A stretch of 64,000 nucleotides of DNA from the human T2T-CHM13v2.0 reference genome, Homo sapiens. This document shows positions 57,191 through 64,000 of this stretch, piece after piece. The stretch's first letter is position 1. Every line of letters starts with the position of its first letter. The notes beneath the pieces were generated by a model. The model was not told the DNA's origin and made no database searches. It saw only the letters and a list, made by a program, of their open reading frames with translations. Location of the stretch: assembly GCF_009914755.1 (NCBI RefSeq), contig NC_060928.1. One strand, 5' to 3'. The translations under genes were made by a program, and so were the position numbers.

Positions 57191-58131
57191 CCAATGCAGT
57201 GCCTAGAATCCAAGAGTAATCTTATTTTTTGGTGAATTGAACCAATATAAAACTATCATAAAAGAAATCTAACCCTATCTTCAACTTTTAATAAAATCAC
57301 ACAATGTACAGCACTCTGATAAAATTATTCCAATTACTAATACACATTAACAATAGTACCATTTATGCTTTTACATGACTTTGTACTAATTAGATAAGAT
57401 TTCCTTAGACAATCTTGGCAAATTCTCAAATCAATTTTTTTTTATCTTTGGTATCACTGCTAAATAGGTTTATGTTTTTTATTCCCTATTGATCTTGTTC
57501 CATTTCCGATCTTAACTTGTTTCTCTGGAGGAGCAGGTATAGAATCAGTATTTCTTTAAATAATCTCATTGTTAATTCTCCCTTTTTCTATTCTGATAAA
57601 CTATTCACATTCTCACCCATTCCTTTTCCTTTATCCTACATAGTTCCTACTTTATAAATAATCCAATAATTGCTTATTATAGGATTATCTGATTCATGTC
57701 ACAAAGCTTAAGTCATGACCTATGGTACTACTTTTTACTAGCAGAGGACAGAGGAAGTTGGAAAAAATGTATATCAAATGTGTTTTAATTTAGTATAAAA
57801 ACTTTAAGCTTTGAATTCCAAATTGGAAACCCGATAAAAGAAAAAAGACTACAAGGTGGTTTTATGCCTCTCATGACTTGCTGACAAAAAGGGTTAACAT
57901 TAGGATTAAGGTGTAAAGATAGACCTGAAGAACAGATCATCTAAAATATGTAGTTTTATATGCTGTAGTAGATTTTAACAAAAGTTTCATAATATAAAGC
58001 AGAAATAAACAGACAAAAAGAAGCCATTAAACAAATAGTCAAGTTTTATTTTGAGTCTATTAAGTGAAAATCAATTTAATTTTATAAAGAGTTTATTTTA
58101 TCTTTTTGTTCTTTTAATTTTAAAGACTTTA

Positions 58132-58487
58132 TGATATGGTTTGGCTGTGTCCCCACCCAGATCTCATTTTGAATTCCCACATGTTGTGGGAGGGACCCAG
58201 TGGGAGGTAATTGAATCATGGGGGCAAACCTTTCCCATGCTGTTCTCATGATAGTGAATAAGTCCCAAGAGATTTGATAGTTTTAAAAAGGGGGGTTTCC
58301 CTGCATGAGCCCTCTTGCTTTGCTTGCTGACATCCATGTAAGACATGACTTGCTCCTCCTTGCCTTCTGTCATGATTGTGAGGTATCCCCAACCACATGG
58401 AACTGTAAGTCCATTAAACCTCTTTCTTTTGTAAATTGCCCAGTCTCGGGTATGTCTTTATCAGCAGTGTGGAAATAAACTAATACA
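58132..58487 (+). mobile_element. THE1 (B-like) solo LTR
   Basis: tgatatggtttggctgtgtccccaccca...aaactaataca; 5-bp TSD CTTTA. Confidence 0.94.
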
Positions 58488-59549
58488 CTTTACCATAAAA
58501 TTTTATTGTTTTCCTTCAACTAGTTTTAGCTGTCTTACTGAAGAGCTGTTTTTATAAAATGGAATCTTGGGCCAACAAGACGAGCACCATCTTACTTTAA
58601 AGAATTTACTCCCAGCTGGAACTGGAAATCTTTACTGTCATCTAGAGACAGTGATAACATATTACAGGAGAGAAACACAAATCTGTTTAAAGTATTTGAC
58701 AGTGGGTATAGTTAACTCTAATATGACATCATTTTCTATAATCCAAAGTGGCATCTAAATTTATATGGCAAATCATTTTTACTCCTTATCAGTGTCTACG
58801 AGATTCTAAAAGCACCTCAGTATCAAGGCTTAGTTATTTCCCCAGCAATGGTTAAGATAGGTCTTTGTCAACTAATCAATCAATTAAGGGAGGAAGGAAA
58901 GGGAATTTAATAATTTATTTAGTCTTAAAAATGAGTACATTATAGTTTTACATGAAGGAAAAACTAAAACAGTGTATCTTAGAGCATAGTCCACGACCAC
59001 CATTGTCAGAATTATCTGAGGGGACTCTCAAATCTGCATTTTTATGAAGTGCCCCCAATGGTTATTATCATATCATAATTTGAAGCTCGTCGTTCTGAAA
59101 TTTTTTGCTTCAACCGTTAGCAAATAGAAAAAGAATAAGATTCTTCCTATAGAGGGTACACAATGCACAATAAACAAGAAGGGAATTAAAGGAAGAGAAA
59201 TCTGTGTGGCCTGCTATTAGAAAGTGTCAATGAAAATACAGAACATAAGCTGAAACTTAGGAGAAGAAATTGCTTCCTTTAGATGTCAGAAGCAGAATAT
59301 AAGAGAACAAAGACAAGGAGGCATATTCCTGTTTGGGGAAAGGTATGAGAAGAGGATAATCACAATTTTATGTAAGACACAGCTTGGGTAACAGTGGCAA
59401 TTAATATTGAATCAGTGAGGTGAGTCACATAGATCACATAAGCATGGCAAGGGAGTTAAGCCTTGATATGATATTTATCTTCTTAAATTTGATGTTGATA
59501 TGATAAAAAAACAGTTTAAGGATTTACTATGGCAATGATCAGATAATAG

Positions 59550-59610
59550 ATACATATATATATATACACACACACCCACATATGTATACACACACAGTCA
59601 TATATATACA
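59550..59610. repeat. (TA)n/(CA)n compound microsatellite
   Basis: tatatatatatacacacacacc..tatacacacaca. Confidence 0.7.
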
Positions 59611-60569
59611 TGAATAGTAATGGGAAAACAGAGAAAGAAAATATGGCCAAATAACAGCTTCAGAAACAATAATGTGGAAAGAGAGAGATTTAGGTGCAGT
59701 GTATTAGGGCCCCACTATGGAGATGGAATGAATGTGAGAGAAGCTTTTAACTATCTCCATTGATTATTCCTTATACCAGAGAAGATAACCAAGAATGTAC
59801 TTTTTCTCCTCATTTCAATTGAAAGGAAAATAAAAACAGAACAAAATTCAAATGGTTAATTTGTGCTATTATCCATCATAAATAATTCCAAATATTTAGC
59901 AGCCAAATGATTTCACAAAGATTACTTTTCCATTAAACAATGCCAAACTCAGAAACAGTCTTTGTCATATAAACAGAGTATTGCATTAAAATAATAAATA
60001 TTCCAACTTTCTATTCACTGCCATACTCTACATTAACAATGCAAATTTTGATTCATGAATTAGCACACAGCACATAACATTGTCAATCTTCAGTACTCCA
60101 GATGCTAAAAATAAACATATTCTGGAAGACTTAGATTTGCTTAATACATGCATGTCTAAGGGAGTTACTGGCCTCATAAAACTGACTTTGTCGCCTGTTG
60201 TTTCTTTTAAAGAACTTTACAAATTCACTGTATTGTCACTGTAGTAATAACTGTTGCTATTTTATATTTTTATGATTTGATATCACATGTGTTTTGGAAA
60301 CTTTTGTCCTGAAGAAGACAAAATTCTAAGAATTTGGAAGAATTCTAAGGCCAACACACTTAGAAAATATTGAGAAATGCTTTGGGAAATCATTACCTAT
60401 GCTTGAGGCAATGTTGGCAGAGGAAACAGTCAGTCTAAAGAAAAACCTATGCAGCGAAAATGGATGAGACTATTTTTAGTAATGTGTATGTGAACAAACT
60501 CCACTTATTAAGGTTCTAACATTTTTTTGTTCACTCAATATTAGTGTTATTCATGTAGCACATGATGTT

Positions 60570-61007
60570 GCTGCCTTTCTCCATTCCCTCAGCCCACCTC
60601 AGTTCACCTGGAGCTGAGGTATACAGTACATAGCAAGCTAATTTCCCACCTCAAAGGCCAGTCTCTTTTCTAAAGGATCGAAGGTTGTTTCTTGACCCTC
60701 TAGGACTTGGAAGTACTAGTGTACAAGAGTTAAGACCACAGGGCAATCCTCAAACAGTAGGGGATGAACACTGGTGGATAAATGTCACAATCTTCCTGTC
60801 CTCCCGGGGGACAGGTCCGGGGTGTTCCATGGAACTCAAAGTTTTACTCACAGTATTGAACTCTAGGTGAACACAGCAATAACCCATTCATTAACATGCA
60901 CTCAAAAATTTGTTTTTGGCTTTTCTTCCTTCCCCTTCCCATTTTCGCGCTTCATTAGTTTGAGTTTCCCTAAAGACTCATCTTTTGGGGGAATTTGAAC
61001 TAAGCAA
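60570..61007 (+). mobile_element. LTR16-like ERVL solo LTR
   Basis: ggggatgaacactggtggataaatg and terminal ttttgggggaatttgaactaagca. Confidence 0.5.
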
Positions 61008-63299
61008 TGCACTGATACAAATTGAGAAACATTTATAGAAAATTTCCAAGAAACCCTGCTACTATACATAGTTAAATCAACTGAGCTCTCCAAGGTAGCC
61101 AACATATAATCCATAATTTATTTCAACACTTCTATATCATTCATAGGGCATATTATTAATCCCGGAATTAAAATCACCATGTTCATTACTTATCTGCAAA
61201 ATTTCTTAGTGGCCCACGTGTCTTGCAAGAGCTACAGTAGTCAGGCAGGACCTCAGTGTTAGCCCCTAATGAATATGGTCCAGAATATGCTGTGGGAAGA
61301 AAACACCATCTTTGAAAATATGTCAATAGTAGCATATTTAAGGGGCTTGACATTTACCGTCTTGCTAGATGGGGACCTCCCTGGTGGGAGGTGTGCTAGT
61401 GGGATAGTTAGGTCTCAGAGTAGAAAAGTCGAAAAGATGAAAGAGTATAAAGAGAACTATCTTATTATTTTAATATTCTGTATCTATCTCTCTGATGCAA
61501 AAAGTACTCTCTGTTGGTAGTCTTATTTCCTGTCTTCAGTGGCTCTCTCTTCTTCTTGTCTCCTGCCCTATTCCCAAAGTCAATTTTATTTAATCGAAGA
61601 AACTGTTAGAATTGGAAAAACAAATAGTCAGGATAGTTGTGAAGGCAAAGAAAACAGAAGCATATTAGATACTGGTTTGTTCTAAGCATCCTCTTTCCCT
61701 CCACACTTTTCTATCCCCAAACCTGCAACTTCCTAACTTTTAAATTAAAATATGAAATTATTTTGGTTTGGGGCAATAGCATTTTACGCCGGGACGAAGT
61801 TGCTGAAGACTTGGCATATTTCAAAACTTTGATAATTCAAGCTTAATTTTAATCTAATTTAAAAGCCTAATCAAAGCCTAACTTTGATAACCCAAGCTTA
61901 ATTTAATATTGAGAGCATGGTGGGAAATGTCTACCTAGAATGAATAATTTATAACAAATGTGCATTTGTTTTGCTTTAATGTCTCATTTTAATTTTACCA
62001 TATTATCTCTGATATTTTTCAGAGTTCTCAAAAATCTGCATAGCATATCATAACAGTTATGGGAAATTGTTCATAGCATTTCATCACCTCTAACTTCTAT
62101 TCCAAAGCTACTGATTTTAAAGCTTGGTTTTCAGCACTAAAGAACTATCATCACATAAATAAGATGTGATGCCTTATGTGATCTAAAAGTATTTTAAATC
62201 ATATTAACCATGAATGGTAAGATAACAGCAAAGCAGTCATCACAGTCCCTCAGAGAAGTTCCAGTTCCCATAAACAAAAGCACAATGCCCAGAATACTAA
62301 TAAATGATGGGGACATTTCTAGTTAACAGCTAATGTGGCAGTACCCTGTGGGAGCAGTAAACACAGCCTACAAGTCACTTGACAGACAGCCTTGAAATTA
62401 ATCTTTTTTTATATGCTACAGATATTCATTATTTCACATTTTTCATAAAGAAATATTTCATTAATATGTTAGGCGGTTGTCAATTTACATGATGCAAATT
62501 CCCCTAGAATGTGGCAGACACAATGTATTTAATTTTTCAGAAAAATTCTAAATCACACAAGGTGTCTAGGTTCAAGACTGGTGGTAAATAAATAAAAAGT
62601 GCTGCCTCCAGTACCAAGATTCAAATTGGCTAACCTGTTATGGGAGTTCTGGCAATCAGCATAATGAGTTATAAGTATATACAATAGAAAAATCTGAGAA
62701 TATTCTGCTATGTATAATCTTAGCTTCAACTAAACAAAAAAAAATTTACTTGTAAAATTTCCTTTGGTTCAAGGACTTTTATATGTTTATTTTAGGGGTT
62801 AGCCAAAATATTTTAAGAAGAAATTAAGTTCATTTTCACATTTCTTAGCCTAGCATGACCTTTGAGATTCTGATAAATAATTTGGCAAAAGTAAAAGTAA
62901 ATTTGGCTTACTTTGTAGTTGTTATCGATTCTCTGAAAAAAAAAATTATGCAGAGAACATTTTGATTCTTAAAAGGATATATTTCTCTATAATTAATAGT
63001 CCCTTATCTTGCTTGGCTGAGCGAGTGTGAAAAAGAAACTGCTCTGTACGTATGAAGATAAACCAAGTGCACAGATTAAAAGGAAGGTATGGTGGATAAT
63101 TATAGAAAGGCTGGCTATGAAATACTATTCTCTGTTTAGTTGAATATGCTGTAAAATAATAAAATGGTTACAAACTAGAGAGAATGACTGCAGGGATCTT
63201 TGGTATGCATTTAAAAAGCATCACTTGCTCCTTTTCCATTTATTTTTTAAGAGAAAAAAATTAACATTAGAAATCCTTCAATTTGGAACACCAACGTCT

Positions 63300-63600
63300 G
63301 TTAAAATACCAAGTTACCTGAAATACCCATCATGAACCAAGTGCTATACGACTCACTGAGCCATAGAACTAGGTGTGCCCGGCAGCCCTGCATCATCAAA
63401 TGGACATTGCCTATATTAAATAGCTCAAACAGGTCCTGAAGGCACAAGTAAGTGGTACCAGCAATGGCTCTGATTCCTATGGCATAACATCTGTCCACAA
63501 GCCCCCAAGTTGCTCTTCACATAATATTGGCCACATAGGAAGGAATAAAAAGAAAAAAGAAAGCAGCAGAAAGACTGTTTCATGGAGTGATTGGGAATAC
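63300..63600 (+). mobile_element. ERVL-type pol remnant
   Basis: cctgaaatacccatcatgaac..catcatcaaatgga..caggtcctgaaggcacaagtaagt closely resembles recalled HERVL pol connection region. Confidence 0.7.
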
Positions 63601-63699
63601 GCTTTGCAGAAGGAACAGCACCCACCCATTTTATAGCCTTTTCCAACATGTGCTCCGTGGAACACTAGATCTGTAGTTGCGAGCAGATATTACACATGC

Positions 63700-63890
63700 A
63701 CACACAGATATGAGTTCTGGAGTTACAGACATTTGAGAAATACTTGGTTCAATAAACTGAAATTTACTTAGTGGTCCTTGCATCTTTACACATAGTTTTC
63801 CCACACTTTCAGATTTCCATTCTATTTAATAGGTTAGATTATGTCACCAACTAGTTACCCTCAAGAAAAATTACTAGTGCATCCCAGAAT
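63700..63890 (+). mobile_element. MIR-like fragment
   Basis: ttctggagttacagaca..ttggttcaat..tttactagt..ttcagatttcc. Confidence 0.4.
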
Positions 63891-64000
63891 GTTGTTTGTT
63901 ACCTCTTTCCTCCCTAATCACCATGCAACACTGTATATTCCGTACAGTGGGGGGCCATAATTATTCCTACTTTTTTCACAATTGACACTTAAAAGAGATA

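Noticed and set aside
63301-63665. Cluster of short ORFs and a GTAAGT donor as a cellular exon
   Set aside because: The sequence matches an ERVL pol remnant, in which aggcacaagtaagt is part of the recalled consensus

Overview
Primate (human-like) genomic DNA, AT-rich and dominated by interspersed repeats. No cellular protein-coding exon, RNA gene or CRISPR-like array could be supported, so this looks like intronic or intergenic sequence. The ORF track is almost entirely Alu, L1 and ERV noise. Main features: (1) a degenerate HERV-K(HML-5)/LTR22-type provirus (10770-17046) with both LTRs, a tRNA-Met-like PBS, a 6-bp TSD and an internal gag-pro deletion, inserted into the first bases of an AluS; (2) a TSD-flanked, GC-rich, 3'UTR-like retrocopy of an unidentified mRNA (8763-10478) that probably carries a 5' inversion; (3) a near full-length old L1PA (PA15/16-like, 23262-32504) containing an AluY, a twin-primed L1PA7-like element and a ~40-bp micro-insertion; (4) many Alus, solo LTRs (THE1, LTR1-like, LTR9-like, MER34/39-like, MLT1), ERVL/MaLR remnants, Tigger3a/MER47 DNA transposons, L2 and MIR. 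I found no convincing new biological system. The interesting signals are retrotransposition and repair histories. Subfamily names come from recalled consensus motifs read by eye and need RepeatMasker/Dfam confirmation.
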